Source: the human T2T-CHM13v2.0 reference genome, Homo sapiens
DNA: 64,000 bases
Assembly (NCBI RefSeq): GCF_009914755.1
Contig: NC_060938.1
Direction: 5' to 3' (one strand)
Below, piece after piece: positions 1 to 18,344 of this stretch. The notes under the pieces were generated by a model. It searched no databases, had not been told where the DNA came from, and saw nothing but the letters and a program-made list of their open reading frames with translations. Every line of letters starts with the position of its first letter. The first letter of the stretch is position 1. A program made the position numbers and the translations under genes.

Positions 1-834
1 GAAGAATATTGATGCAAAAGTCCTCAATAAAATACTGGCAAACTGAATCCAGCAGCACATCAAAGATTATCCACCACGATCAAGCTGTCTTCATCCCCAG
101 GATGCTAGGCTTGTTCAACACACACAAATCAATAAACATAATTCATCACATAAACAGATCTAAAGACAAAGACCATATGATTATCTCAGTATATGCAGAA
201 AAGGCCTTTGATAAAATTCAACATCCCATCACGTTAAAAATTCTCAATAAACTAGGTATTGATGGAACATACCTCAAAATAATAATGATAAACCCACAGT
301 GAGTATCATACTGAATGGGCAGAAGCTGGAAGCATTCCCCTTGAAAACCAGCACAAGACAAGGATGCCTTCTCTCACCACTCCTATTCAACATAGTATTG
401 GAAGTTCTGGCCAGGGCCATCAGACAAGAGAAAGAAATAAAGTGTATTCCAATAGGAAGAGAGGAAGTAAAACTGTTTTCTGTTTGCAGATGATATGATA
501 GTATGTCTAGAAAACCCCATTATCTCAGCCCAAAAGCTTCTTAAGCTGATATGCAACTTCAGCAAAGTCAAAGGATACAAAATCAATGTGCAAAAATTAC
601 AAGCATTCCTATATACCAACAACAGAAAACAGAGAGCCAAATCATGAATGAATTCCTGTTCACAATTGCTATGAAGAGAATAAAATACCTAGGAATATAG
701 TTAACAAGGGAAGTGAAGGACCTCTTCAAAAACTACAAACCACTGCTCAAGGAAATAAAAGAGGACAGAAACAAATGAAATAATTCCATGCTCATACATA
801 GGAAGAATAAATATTGTGAAATGGCCATACTGCC

Positions 835-3439
<2,605 letters not shown>

Positions 3440-3788
3440 CTGCTCAAGGTAATTTATAGATTCAATGCTATTCCCAATAAACTACCATTGACATTCTTCA
3501 CAGAATTAGAAAAAAACTACTTTAGAATTCATATGGAACCAAAAAAGAGCCCATATAGCCAAGACAATGCTAAGCCATAAAAACAAAGCTGGAGGCATCA
3601 TGCTAATCCCACTTCAAGCTATACTACAAGGCTACAGTAACCAAAACATCATGGCCACTAGTACAAAAACAGACACATAGACCAAGGGAATAGAATAGAG
3701 ATCTCAGAAGTAAGACCACATATCTATGTCCATTTGATCTTTGACAAACCTGACAAAAACAAGCAATGGGGAGAGGATTTCCTATTTA

Positions 3789-4092
3789 TTTGTTTGTTTG
3801 TATTTTTTCTGAGACAGAGTCTTGCTCTGTCTCCCAGACTGACGTGCAGTGGCACAATCTTGGCTCACTGCAACCTTCACCTCCTGGGTTCAAGCAATTC
3901 TCTTGCCTAAGCCTCCCAAGTAGCTAGGACTACAGGCACACACCACCACACCTGGTTAATTTTTGTATTTTTAGTAGATACAGGGTCTCACCATATTGGC
4001 CAGACTGGTCTCGGACTCCTGAGCTCACACAATCTGCCCACCTTGGCCTCCCATAGTGCTAGGATTACAGGAATGAGCCACCACACCTGGCC
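3789..4092 (-). mobile_element. Alu (S-type) inserted in L1
   Basis: Alu consensus; TSD gatttcctattta / gattccctattta. Confidence 0.9.
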
Positions 4093-5415
4093 AGATTCCC
4101 TATTTAATAAATGATGCTGGGAAAACTGGCTGGCCACATGCAGAAAATTGAAGCTGGACCCCTTCCTTACACCTTATACAAAAATTAACTCAAGATGGAT
4201 TAAAGACTTAAATGTAAAACCCAAAACTATAAAAACCCTAGAAGAAAATCTAGGCAATACCATTCAGGACACAGGTACAGGCAAAGATTCAATTATGAAA
4301 ATGTCAAAAGCAATTGCAAAAAGGCAAAAATTGGCAAATGGGATCTAATTAAACTGAAGAGCTTCCTCACAGCAAAAGAAACTGTCATCAGAATGATCAG
4401 GCAACCTACAGAATGGGAGAAAATTTTTTGCAATCTGTCCATCTGACAAAGGTCTAATATCCAGAATCTACAAGGAACTTAAACAAATTCACAAGAAATA
4501 ACCCCATTAAAAGGTGGGCAAAGGACATAAGCAGACAATTCTCAAAAGAAGACATTTATGCAGCTGAGAAACATATTTTAAAAAGCTCAACATCACTGAT
4601 CACTAGAGAAATGCAAATCAAAACCACATTGAGATACCATCTCACACCAGTCAGAATGGCGATTATTAAACAGTCAAGAAACAATAGATGGTGCTAAGGC
4701 TGTGGAGAAATAGGAACACTTTTACTCTGTTGGTGTGAATGTAAATTAGCTCAACCATTGTGGAAGACGGTGATTCTTCAAAGACCTAGAACCAGAAACA
4801 CCATTTGACCCAGCAATGTAATTACTGAGTATATACACAAAGGAACAGAAATCATTCTATTACAAAGATACATGCACACATATGTTCACTGCAGCACTAT
4901 TCACAATAACAAAGACATGGAATCAACTCAAATGCCCATCGATATTAGACTGGATAAAGAAAATGTGGTATATATACACCATGGGATACTATGCAGCCAT
5001 AAAAAGTAACAAGATCATGTCCTTTGTGGGGACATGATGGAGCTGGAAGCTATTATCCTCAGCAAACTAACACAGGAACAGAAAACCAAATACTGCATGT
5101 TCTCCCTTATAAGTGGGAGCTGAACAATGAGAACTAAGGATACAGGGAGAGGAACACACACTGGGGCCTCTTGGGGGACAGGGAGGAGGGAGAGCATTGG
5201 GATAAATAGCTAATTCACATGGAGCTTAATATCTAGGTGATGGGTTGACAGGTGCAACAAGCCATCATGGCACACGTTTCCCTATGTGACAAACCTGCAC
5301 ATCCTGCACATGTATCCCGGAACTTAAAATAACATAAAATAAAAAAAAATTTTAAAGCCACATCTGCCCTAACGGCATAGCAGACTAGTCTTGCACCTGA
5401 ACCTCCTAGACAAAA

Positions 5416-5599
5416 CTGGAATTCATGAAGGGACATACATTAATTGTACTCATTATAGTACTAGCTTTCAAATTTTTGTTAATTTTAGGTTCCAAAATAC
5501 TCATAGTGATTAATACCATTATTTCAAAATTTTAAAAAAATCTGATCTCTGAATCATTAGCATCCAGAGTAAACACGGGTTATATTGTTTTGAAAAAAA
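5416..5599 (+). repeat. Local dispersed direct duplication, copy A1 (twin at 7460-7651)
   Basis: ctggaattcatgaagggacatacatt...gagtaaacacgggttatattgtttt is present twice, nearly identical. Confidence 0.95.
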
Positions 5600-5711
5600 T
5601 TTTCTTCCCTCAAATTTCACAGAGATAATAAAGGTCAACTAAGCAAAACTAATACTGTGAGAATAATTCTTATTCTAGCTTGAAGACTTTTTGAACACTG
5701 GAATATGAACA

Positions 5712-6180
5712 CAGTATTGGTTTCCTAGAGGCTGTAACAAATGACCACAAACTGTGTGTCCTAAAACAACAGAAACCCATTCTCTCACAGTTCTGGAGAC
5801 TAGAAATCTGAAATCAAGATGTTGGCAGAGCTATGCTCCGTTGTGAAAGTTCTTGGGAATAATCCTTCCTTGTTTCTCTCTAGCTTCTGGTGGTTGTAGC
5901 AATCCTTGGTGCTCCTTGGTTTATAGGTACATCACTCCAATCCTCTGCTTCCATCATCACGCTGCATTCTCCCAGTGTGTCTGTGTTCCTATATCTTCAC
6001 ATGGCCTTCTTATAAGGACATCAGTCACTGGATTTAGAGCCCAACCAAATCTAGTATGCCTTTGTCTTAAACTGATTATATCTGCTAATACTCTATTTCT
6101 AAATGAGGACACATTCACAAGTACTGGGGGGTTAGAACTTCAACATATCTTTTCAGGGGGACACAACTCAACTCACAACA
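5712..6180 (-). mobile_element. MLT1-type MaLR solo LTR
   Basis: gctgtaacaaatgaccacaaact...cacagttctggag...ggggacacaactcaactcacaaca. Confidence 0.8.
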
Positions 6181-6296
6181 AATACAATAGTAATGAATTA
6201 TAATTTCCTTCTACAAATCATAAATTTAAAGACAATGTAACCTGGAAATGCTTTCTTTAAAATAAATATTATAGCTTGCTATCAATAAAGGGGCTA

Positions 6297-6612
<316 letters not shown>

Positions 6613-7459
6613 CTATAGTCCCTACAAAAAAAAACTTTTTCAAAAAAATGTCCTTGAAGCCATCAAACAAGAGATAGTATTATCTGATGATACAAGAGTC
6701 ACAGGAAATTTAGAACTGGATTATACTTATATTTTCATCATTACTCAGACTAGTGTATAGAATAGTGTATAGTATAGTGTAGCGTATAGTAAGGGCCTTT
6801 TAGGCCATTGGAAAAATTTGCTCAAAATTAATTACTTTTCAACTCAATAATACTATCATTAATAAACTTTGCTCCTTAAGGTTGCTTTAAAAGAAACATC
6901 AGTTATTTTATTTCAGTGTTTTATGCTGAAACTTTCTTCATTTTATGAAGTATTTACTTTTAATAATTTACCAATTAAAATACTGCACAGCTATACTTAT
7001 ATTATGATTTTGTCTTTTTGTATTTCAATATACTAAACATTAAATTATATATTTAGTTTCACTAATTTTTACTTTAAATTTTTTTGACTCATGAATATCT
7101 TAAGAAATAAAATAGTTATTTAATTACATGCAATTTTTTTGGCAAAAACTCTCCAAACAGCATATTGTCATTTTCTTCTAGTATTACAACCATATCTCAG
7201 GAGAAAAAAACAGAGAAACCTTTTTTTTAAAATGTGTCTGGCAATAAAGACTTTATGAAACAAGCTTATCTATCCTGGCCTGGGTTCTCCACAGAGAAGG
7301 AAAAATCATACTTGAGAATTCACAAACACAGGGTGGCTTTCATAAACCTTAGATTCAAATTTATTCTAATTACATGATTTATGTAATCCCAGTTAAATAA
7401 ATTTTCAGTGGTTCTCGATGGTAGCACCCCAGACACCTGAAGAGAGAAACACAAAATCT

Positions 7460-7651
7460 CTGGAATTCATGAAGGGACATACATTAACTGTACTCATTAT
7501 AGTACTAGCTTTCAAATTTTTATGTTAATTTTAGGTTCCAAAATACTCATAGTGATAATCTAATACCATTATTTCCAAATTTTAAAAAAATCTGATCTCT
7601 GAATCATTAGCATCCAGAGTAAACACGGGTTATATTGTTTTTCAAAAAAAA
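7460..7651 (+). repeat. Local dispersed direct duplication, copy A2, followed by a 30-nt tandem duplication (7654-7714)
   Basis: Matches 5416-5599; cctc(g/a)atccagacatcatgggattcccaca x2. Confidence 0.95.
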
Positions 7652-8216
7652 GTCCTCGATCCAGACATCATGGGATTCCCACACCCTCAATCCAGACATC
7701 ATGGGATTCCCACAGGTAAAGTCCAATCAAACATGAACTTACAATACAAATTTAAAATGCACAAGAAGATGGACCACTAGGAGGGAGTCAGCAGAAAAAA
7801 AACAAAAACCAAAACAAAAAAACAAGAAAACATCCAAAAGAATGGTAAGAAAAACACAGCAAAATGAGATCCTTGGAGACAATTAGATTTTATATTCTTT
7901 ATCTGAAATGGGTAGTTAAGATTAAAGATAGAAAAGAGTAAATCTAAAATATAAACAAGAAGTATGATGTTAAAATATCTCAGGCAAACTTGAAAACAAA
8001 TAGAAGTTATAAAAATGACAATTATCAAAATTAACTAATGGGTAGCTTAAAAAACAGATGGGAATGAACTGCTATAAAGAGAATTAAAAACTAGAATAAA
8101 GATCTGAAAAAATCACACAGACGCCACATAGAGACAGACAGAAAACATGAAATGAACAAGACAAGGACTAATAGTGTAGAATTAAAAAACAGAAAGTTCA
8201 TTTTAAACTTGGAATT

Positions 8217-8334
8217 GGCCGGGGGCCGTGGCTCACGCCTGTGATCCCACCACTTTGGCAGGCCGAGGTGGGCAGATCATGAGGTCAGGAGATTGAGACC
8301 AGCCTGGCCAAGATGGGGAAACCCTGTCTCTCTA
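8217..8334 (+). mobile_element. Alu left-arm fragment
   Basis: ggccgggggccgtggctcacgcctgtgatcccacc... ends at the mid-A linker. Confidence 0.85.
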
Positions 8335-8748
8335 CCCTGACAGCTTCATCTGCTTCCTACAAATGGGCTCAGTTCTATTTACAATATCCTTCCTCAGCTG
8401 TCTACCCTTAGTTTTTAGTTCTTTTTTGAATTTTTTTTAGTCCCCACTATGCCTTAGAAAAGTTTCCAGTTCTAAATTATGTATAATCCATAGTCACAAA
8501 GGAGAGAAAAACTTAGCTTCTGTTTACCTTCTATATTCTTTATTCAACAAGTTATTGGAAATTTGCTCACTTTAGGCATGATGATAGGAGGTCCCATAAA
8601 GCCAAGACTGAGTACAATTACGTTTCTCTATGTGGCACCATGAGCAAGTAGACATTGAATAAATATTTCAACATATTTAAAGCCTTTTTAAAATGTGCCT
8701 AGTTTTGCTTTCTTATATTTGTAAAGGTTAGAAAACTGTGAGAGCTTA

Positions 8749-8919
<171 letters not shown>

Positions 8920-9164
8920 CTATAAAGAAAACATAGGATCAATTTAGTGTATGTGTGTGTATATTTATACACAGTTTTATTTAGAATAAAGCTAAAGATA
9001 CCATTCAATAATATATGATAATAGGATACCGAATAGTGAGTAAATCTATCAAAACTTTTCTGTTTATCTTTGGGAAACACAATAAAATACCTCTGTAACA
9101 ACTTTAGCTCCACAATTACCATATAATCAAGCTACAATTAAAGTTAGCTTATAATCCTAAAACT

Positions 9165-11275
9165 TTCTCTGGGTGGAGAGAATAGGAATTGGCTGCTCTG
9201 CAATGTTAATAATTGCCACACAGGAGGTACTTTCCTGCATGAGAGAGTGAGGAGCTCCACAGACCTGCTCACCAGTGAAACTAGTAAAAATCAATTAAAA
9301 AAAAAAAACGCAAGCATTTAAAGTCTCTGAAAATAGTTCCAAGGAGATGCAACAAAGGAAGGAACATTTACTCAAGAAAATCTGTTAAAATTTGTTAAGA
9401 ACAGTGAGAGTCTACGGTATTTAAACTGAGATCCACTCCCTTCCTCCCTCCTCATCTGGTTGGAAACTCCGAGACTGATGCAACCAAGAACACTAGGCTC
9501 TCTCTCCCCCCAGCTCGCGGTCAGAGCACTATCTTTCCAGGTAGGGCAGGATGTCAGCATTTCTCACCCTGCCCTCAGCCTCCTGTTGCTGAGGCTAAAT
9601 TCTTGTTGAGCTCAGCTGACAGGTGGGAGATAACTTCTGCCCAGCCCCTCCTCCAGATGGAGGCTCTACTTTGGATGTGGTGCCTCTGAGAATAATGGGG
9701 TCCTGGGGTAACCCAGGAAAAGCTGAGACTACTGTCCCCTCTCCCCTTACCAAGTACTCAGGGCCTAAAGCCTGAGATACTCAAAGATAAGGATTCCATT
9801 GACCTCACTCTCAACTCCAGAGCCCTGGTTCAGAGATTCTGCCTGGAGGGAGAGGCAATCCAGAAATCCAGATAGCTCCTAATCTCTTCTCAAAGGAACT
9901 GACTTCATTTACAGCAGAGTGTGAAAAAGCTCATGCATAAGTACGTCTCAAAAACAGTGAAAATTGTTTTGAAAATTTCTTAACTATTCTTGAATATTTT
10001 TTCTTCTATATGGTTTTTAATATCTTTCCAGAATTTGTAAAAAATCTAATAAAAAGTAATTGGGAGGAGACTGGTAGGCTAACTGGAAATATAGGCTAAA
10101 CCGTAGGCCAGCTAGTTTGTCCAAGAGAACCAGTAAACTCGCAGAGATAGCTGGGAGGAGCCTGCCTGGAGTCAGAAACAAACCTCAAACACTAATCTAG
10201 GGAAGTATCCCTTTAAAGGAGCCTGAATTTGATTGGTTTAGCCTGTGGCACAATTTATACCCAAGGAAAATGTTGAAAACAATAGAGCAATATGCTACCA
10301 ATTAAAGGAGTTTAACAGTTGGGTGTGGTCAGGGAAAGAGACAAAGATGAGGGAACCCTTCCTGAATTATGTTATACAGCCATTATTACCCTGATATCAA
10401 AGCCAGACAAAGATATCACAAGAAAACTAAATACCAATATCTCTTATAAATACTGATGCTAAAATCCTCAACAAAATACTGGCAAACCAAATCCAATACA
10501 CATAAAACATTACATATCACAACCAAGTGGGATTTATCCCAGGAATGCAAGATTGACAACATCAAAAATCAACTAATACACTATATCAACAGAATTAAAA
10601 ATGAAAAACACATGATCAGCTTAATAGACATAGAAAAAGCATTTGATGAAAATGCTCCACAAATTTGGAATAAAAGGGTAGTAACTCCTCAACTTAAACT
10701 TAGTAAGGAGCATCTACGAAAAACCCACAGTTAACCTTATACTCAATGGTGGAAGACTAGATGCTTTCACTCTAAGATCAGGAACAAGACAAGGATGTTC
10801 TGTTCTCACCACTTACATTTAACAATGTACTGGAGGTTCTAGTCAAGACTATTGGACAAGAAAAAGAAATAGCAGGCATCCAGATTGGACAAGAAGAAGT
10901 AAAACTATGTGTATTTACAGATGACATAATGTTGTACACAGAAAACCCTAAATAATCCATTATAAAACTATCAGAACTAATAAATGAGGACGGCAAGTTT
11001 ACAGGTTATAGGGTTAATGTACAAAATCTACTGCATTTTGATACACTAGAAATGAACAATATGCAATCAAAATTAAGAAAACAGTTGTATTTATAACAGC
11101 ATCAAAAATAATGGAAGTTAAAAATAAATTTAACAAAATGAGTGCAAGATCTGTACACTGAAAACTACAAAACACTCAGAAAAAGTTAAAAGAAGATCTA
11201 ATTAAATAGGGAGCTATCCCATGTTCATGGACTGAAAGACTTAATGTGTAGGATGGCACTACTCCCCAAACTGAT
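9165..11275 (+). mobile_element. Ancient L1M: 5' UTR-like segment joined to an ORF2 fragment
   Basis: ORF2-like peptide 10456..10734 (YINRIKNEKHMISLIDIEKAFD); upstream L1M 5' motifs (ccttcctgcatgagag..., aaaggaactgacttcattt). Confidence 0.65.
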
Positions 11276-11639
11276 CATGGAATAGTGCTGCTACAAACAT
11301 TGTACAGTTTTTGTTGTTGTTGTTGTTGTTAATATATGTAAACATTTCTGCAGGGTATACACATTCCTATACTTGTAATTACTATCATTTTATAATATTT
11401 TTATTTCTAGCATGGAGAGTTTCTCAAAGCTTTCTTGACTATTCTTGAATATTTTTTCTTCTATATGGTTTTTAATATCTTTCCAGAATTTGTGAAAAAT
11501 CTAATTAAAATTTTGATTGTGATTAAATTTATATAACTTATTTCTTTTATTCTTTAGTAAAATCTTACAGTTTTCTTAACACAGGTTGTGCATATTTTTA
11601 GCTATATTTATTCCCAGTTATTATATTTTTTGTGTATCT

Positions 11640-11935
11640 TTTTTTTTTTTTTAAAGAAATGAGATCTCCCTCTGTCACCCAGGTTGCCATGCAGTGGTGC
11701 AATCATAGTTTACTGCACCCTTGAACTCCTGGGCTCAAGTGATCCTCCTACATTAGCCTCCTGAGTAGCTGGGACTACACATGTGTGCAAGAAAACCCAG
11801 CTAATTTTATTTAGAGGTGTGGGGGCGGGGGGCTCACTATGTTGCCCAGGCTGATCTTGAACCCTCAGCTTCAAGTGATTGTCCCACCTCAGCCTCTTGA
11901 GTAGCTGGGATTATAGGCATGAGCAACTGCACCTG
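11640..11935 (-). mobile_element. Alu (J-type)
   Basis: Diverged Alu with poly-T head. Confidence 0.85.
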
Positions 11936-11951
11936 GTGCAAGTAGCATTTT

Positions 11952-12248
11952 ATTTATTTATTTATTGAGAGGGAATCTTGCTCTGTTGCCCAGGCTGGAG
12001 TACAGTGGTGCAATCTTGGCTCACTGCAACCTCTGCCTCCCAGGTTCAACCAATTCTCCTGCCTCTGTCCCCTGAGTAGCTGGGATTACAGGTGCCTGCC
12101 ACCATGTCCCACTAATTTTTGTATTTTTAGTAGAGATGGAGTTTCACCACATTGGCCAGGACGGTCTCGAACTCCTGACCTCGTGATCTGCCTGCCCAAG
12201 CCTCCCAAAGTGCTGGGATTAGAGGTGTGAGCCACTGCACCCGTCCGG
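11952..12248 (-). mobile_element. Alu (S-type)
   Basis: Alu consensus; TSD gcaagtagcatttt on both sides. Confidence 0.9.
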
Positions 12249-12634
12249 CAAGTAGCATTTTTAATATCATATTTTCTAACTAGTTATTGCTAGTATATAG
12301 AAACACTATTGATTTTTATAAGTGGATTTTGCATCTAATCACTTTACAGAACTCTTTAATTAGTTCTAATAATTTTTCAGTTTATTCCCTTGATATTCAA
12401 GGTATAGGGCTATAATATCCAGAAATACCAACACTGTTGTCCATTCCTTTCCAACACATACATCTTAATTATTGTTTTGTTTTACTAGATTGGCTAAGAC
12501 CTCACACAAAATGTTGGACAGTAATGGTGTGATCTGGTATCCTTGTCTTGCTTGCGATCTCAAGAAGATAATAAGACATTTGAAATCTTGAACTCTACAA
12601 TAAATACTAAAAACAATGGGACATTTTAAAAATT

Positions 12635-13127
12635 TTTAACTGGGAGGCCAAAGCTTTGGCACTTTAAGTTCCTATGTAAGCAAACCAAAGCCCAATGTAA
12701 ACAGTGAAACGAAACTAGAGACTATGCCAATCAGAATCTGCAACTAATCTCTAAGTAAGGTCTTTCCACTCTAACCAATTAAATATATTTTCTTTGTCTT
12801 ACTTCTGCACTCAGCCTATAAAATCTCACTGCCCACACTGCTACAGCAGATCTCTCTGAGCCTTTTCCAGTGCTGAGTGCTGCCTAATTCATGTTTTTTT
12901 TGTTTTTTTTTTGTTTTTTTTTTCTGAGACAAGGTTTCGCTATGTTGCTCATACTGGGCTCAAGCAATCTGCCCACCTCAGCTTCCCAAACTCCTGGGCT
13001 CACGTGATCTGCCTGCCTCAGTCTCCCAAAGTGCTGGGATTACAGGCATGAGCCACCATGCCGGCCCTCTTTTAATGTGCAGGTAAACTCTGTTAAATTT
13101 ATTTTGTCTAGAGTTTTTCTCTTAACA
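12635..13127 (+). mobile_element. ERV1-class solo LTR interrupted by an Alu monomer (12894-13066, minus)
   Basis: CCAAT (12727, 12775), TATAAAA (12817); LTR-like end 'aaactctgttaaatttattttgtctagagtttttctcttaaca'; family not certain. Confidence 0.6.
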
Positions 13128-13680
13128 GACATTATTTGTGACTTCTAAATCTTTTTTCACAGTTAAGAAACTGTGTTTTTAATAATGTCATATTTGGATT
13201 CATCTGTAAAAGCATACTTGTGTTAATATTTTCCAAGACATCACAAACATGTTAAACACCATGACCCCATCATCTTTTTACTTCAAAGACATATTATGTA
13301 AGTGAAATTAAACAGTAAGACACCAGTTAATTTAGTATATAACATTTTGTCATCCATTTACAAATTTTCCTTGATCCATCAAAATGTTATTTTAACATTA
13401 AAGCACGTTCTCCTCTATGTGTGCTCATTGGTGTCATAACAGTGAAGTGGGGGTTGCAGGAGAAATAAGTCTGTATTAAGAAAATTCTTTTTCAGGGTAA
13501 AAAGGCAAGCCAAAGTTTGGTGTTACTATATAGAGTTGCACAAGGACAGTTTTTGGTCAGGATATATCCTGTTTCATTTACTGTTTTATGGTGTTATTTC
13601 CCTATTTTCCAGAAAAATATAATACACAGAAGAAATATAAATCTAAAAATCGAATCCACCATTCCTGATGGAAATGTTAA

Positions 13681-14084
<404 letters not shown>

Positions 14085-14396
14085 TGTTTTATTATTTACA
14101 TCTTTTCACTGATATTTAATTTTCAGTAATGAAATTTTAGCATACATTTTTATTTTTTCTTAGAAACTTAAGAATGGCCTAATGAAGAGTTTCAGAGAAA
14201 AATAATTGCCTTAGGCTCAACAAATATACCTTATATAAATAAAATTAAAAACAGACTGGGTTAAATTAATTACAGCTGGTTTTTCTTTTCATGGGTCCTT
14301 TATTTTCTGATAAGAAATTACTCAAAATATTGGCAATTATTCCATAGAAGAATATGTATATTTACTGACACCCAATCATTTCATTATAACCAAATT

Positions 14397-14827
<431 letters not shown>

Positions 14828-15104
14828 TTAAGCTATTTTGACAGTGAAAATCACATTACAAGGTTTTCTCCTGTATTTTAAGTATTCTAATAAATGTACT
14901 ATATTAACCTCAATCATTCAATTTAGTAATCTCTAAATAAGTACCACCTATGTCTTATAAGTCTATGATTCTATTCTCACATTCCCTCCTACCATTCCAA
15001 CAGCTATTTGTTTACCTCTTCTTATATTAGCCCTTCCTTATCCATCTCCTGCCCCTCTTATTTACAATATTCTTATTAGTAATTTTAATTCAATTCAAGA
15101 TACA

Positions 15105-15561
15105 TAGTCAGCCCTCAGTATCCTTGGGGGATTGATTCCAGGACAACCACAGATACCAAAGTCTATGGATGCTCAAGTCCCTCATATAAAATGGTGTAGT
15201 ATTTGCATATAACCCACATACATCATTCCATATATTTTTTTTTTCAGTAGGGTGGGGTTGTGCCATTTTGCCCAGACTGATCTCAAACTCCTGGGCTCAG
15301 GAGTTCCACCCACCTGGGCCTCCCAAAGTGTTGGGATTACAGATGTGGGCCACCACAGCCGGCCCCCATGTGCTTTAAATAACTTTTAGATTGCTTATAT
15401 CTAGTAGAATGTAAATGCTATGTAAATAGCTGTTATACTGTATTTTTAATTTATATTATTTTTATTGTTCTATTGTTACTTTTTATTTTTCTCTAGCATA
15501 TTTTCTATTTGCAGTTGGTTGAATCTGAGGATATGGAACCCACAGATACAGAGGGCCAACT
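15105..15561. mobile_element. MER2/Tigger-family DNA transposon with an internal Alu monomer (~15236-15365)
   Basis: TIR-like ends agtcagccctcagtatcc ... gatacagagggccaact; ggatgctcaagtccctcatataaaatggtgtagtatttgcatataacc. Confidence 0.8.
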
Positions 15562-15917
15562 ATATTTATTTATGTCTACTTGTCCTAGGGAGGCTTCAGC
15601 AACATATTAGTAAAGATGATAGACTCAACTCATACCCTTACAGAGCATACAGTGAGGAAAACAGACCCTGTGTTAGGGGCATATTGAAATGGGAGCACAG
15701 AGCAGTGGAATCTAACTTTTTTGAGAGGAGATGAGGGTGGGGGAAATCATCCTAGAAAAAATCAGGTTTGATATTTGAAAAATAAGTATGTTGTCAAGTA
15801 ACTGGAGGGGGCAGGAAGGAAGAGGAAGGACATGTTTTAGGAAAAAGTAAAAACAGGTAGAAAGGCCCAGAAGTCAGAGAGAGTGTGGTGCTATGCCTTA
15901 AAGGAAGAAATGCACTC

Positions 15918-16045
15918 AAAGACGAGTTAACGGGTGCAGCACACCAACATGGCACATGTATACATATGTAACAAACCTGCACATTGTGCACATGTACCCT
16001 AGAACTCAAGGTATAATAATAATAATAACAATAATAATAATAATA
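15918..16045 (+). mobile_element. Severely 5'-truncated L1PA (3'-terminal ~100 nt plus (AAT)n tail)
   Basis: gggtgcagcacaccaacatggcacatgtatacatatgtaacaaacctgcacattgtgcacatgtaccctagaac; TSD aagaaatgcac / aagaaaatgcac. Confidence 0.85.
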
Positions 16046-16152
16046 AAGAAAATGCACCCTCTGGGCCCACAGCCCGGAGGATGGTCGGCGGACAGGGAGT
16101 TGGGCCTGATGCTGCCCTTGCACCCTTCCTCCTCTTCAAAAAAAAAAAGGTA

Positions 16153-16446
16153 GGCCAAGCACAGTGGCTCATGCCTGTAATTTCAGTGCTTCGGGAGGCC
16201 AAGTTTAGAGGATCATTTGAGTTTGAGACCAGCCTGGACAACATAGAGGGACCCTGGCTGCACAAAAATTTGAAAATTTGCTGAGTATGGTGGCAGGCGC
16301 CTTTAGTCCCAACTACTCAGGAGGCTGAGGCAGGAGGACCACTTGAGTCTAGGGGTTCAAGGTTTCAGTGAGTTATGATTGCACCACTGCACTCCAGCCT
16401 GGGCAGCACAGCAGGACCCTGTCTCTTAAATAAATCAACAAACAAA
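16153..16446 (+). mobile_element. Alu (J-type)
   Basis: Diverged dimeric Alu. Confidence 0.85.
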
Positions 16447-16801
16447 TGGCAAAGGGAAAAAAGGCCTGTGAGGCTACAGAAACAGGGTCAACAAAATGCC
16501 AAGGTGAAACAAAATATCAAAGTTGCACACAAGTTCCTGACTGGTGATAAATGTGATGTTCACATGGAAATTTTCTTTGGAAAATTAATGTTAAAATTAG
16601 GATTCATAATCTTGTATTTCACTAATATTTTACCATGTGTATCATAGAAAATAGACTTTTGAAAAGATGGCAATGATTCTGGTATCCAGTTAAGTGATTT
16701 CTTCCACTTAATTCTGATGCCCAACAAGACGGAAAAATACATGCCATGTGTTCCACCTCAGTGATCACACACATTAATGAGCAATTAATCTTTTTTTCCT
16801 A

Positions 16802-16942
<141 letters not shown>

Positions 16943-17411
16943 CTATGGAAAAAAAAAGGTTCAAGTTAATAAAGATCTAAATATTTTTTAAAATAGTAAC
17001 CTTTTTCCTTATATTGAAAACTTCTAGAAAAAAGAACATAGTCAAAAGTTACAGCTTGTAAAGAACAGGAATTAGCTTAAGAATCCATTGTGTTTTTAAA
17101 CCGTCTACATGGAATCTGCAACAATATTTACAGTGACCCTAAACATTTTACTTTTAGATAGGGCTTTAGAAACACAGTTTCTAAAATCTGTAACTATAAG
17201 TTAGATCACCACTCTCAGAAAGTTACATATATCCTCTTGGAGTCTACATAATAACCTCATCCTTAAAAAGAGAAAACAAAAATGGTAACTACCTGATGGA
17301 TATGGTGATTATATATAAACAGCCGATTTTTGACACATAGTATGAGCTTAAGAACATGAAGTTAAACTTTAAAAAAAAACAAAAAAAACACAAAACAACA
17401 ACAGCAGACCT

Positions 17412-17709
<298 letters not shown>

Positions 17710-17864
17710 TCATTCTGTGTTCGGGAGTTTGAAAAGAGAAACAAAGAAAGGTCAAGATGACCCTAGCCCACAGACTACTGCTGGATAGTCCAGGCAAGTA
17801 GAAAGGCAGTGTTCCTTTACTTCTTAAAATGCTCTACACTCCAGGACAAATTTTGTTTAATTTA

Positions 17865-18122
<258 letters not shown>

Positions 18123-18344
18123 TCAAAATGTACTCAATTATAAAGAAGCAAAGTTTCTTTTCTACTGTTGTTGTTGTTGTTTGAATAGTAAGGCATGCAA
18201 CAGTAAGGAGAATTGAAAACTACAGGTGTCTCAATCAGTGATGTGGGTAACACCTTGCATAACTGCATTTAGACCATAACTTTTTAGATAAACAAAGACC
18301 TGGACTAAGTCTGTTTTAATCAGCCCTTAGCACTTTTGATGATG

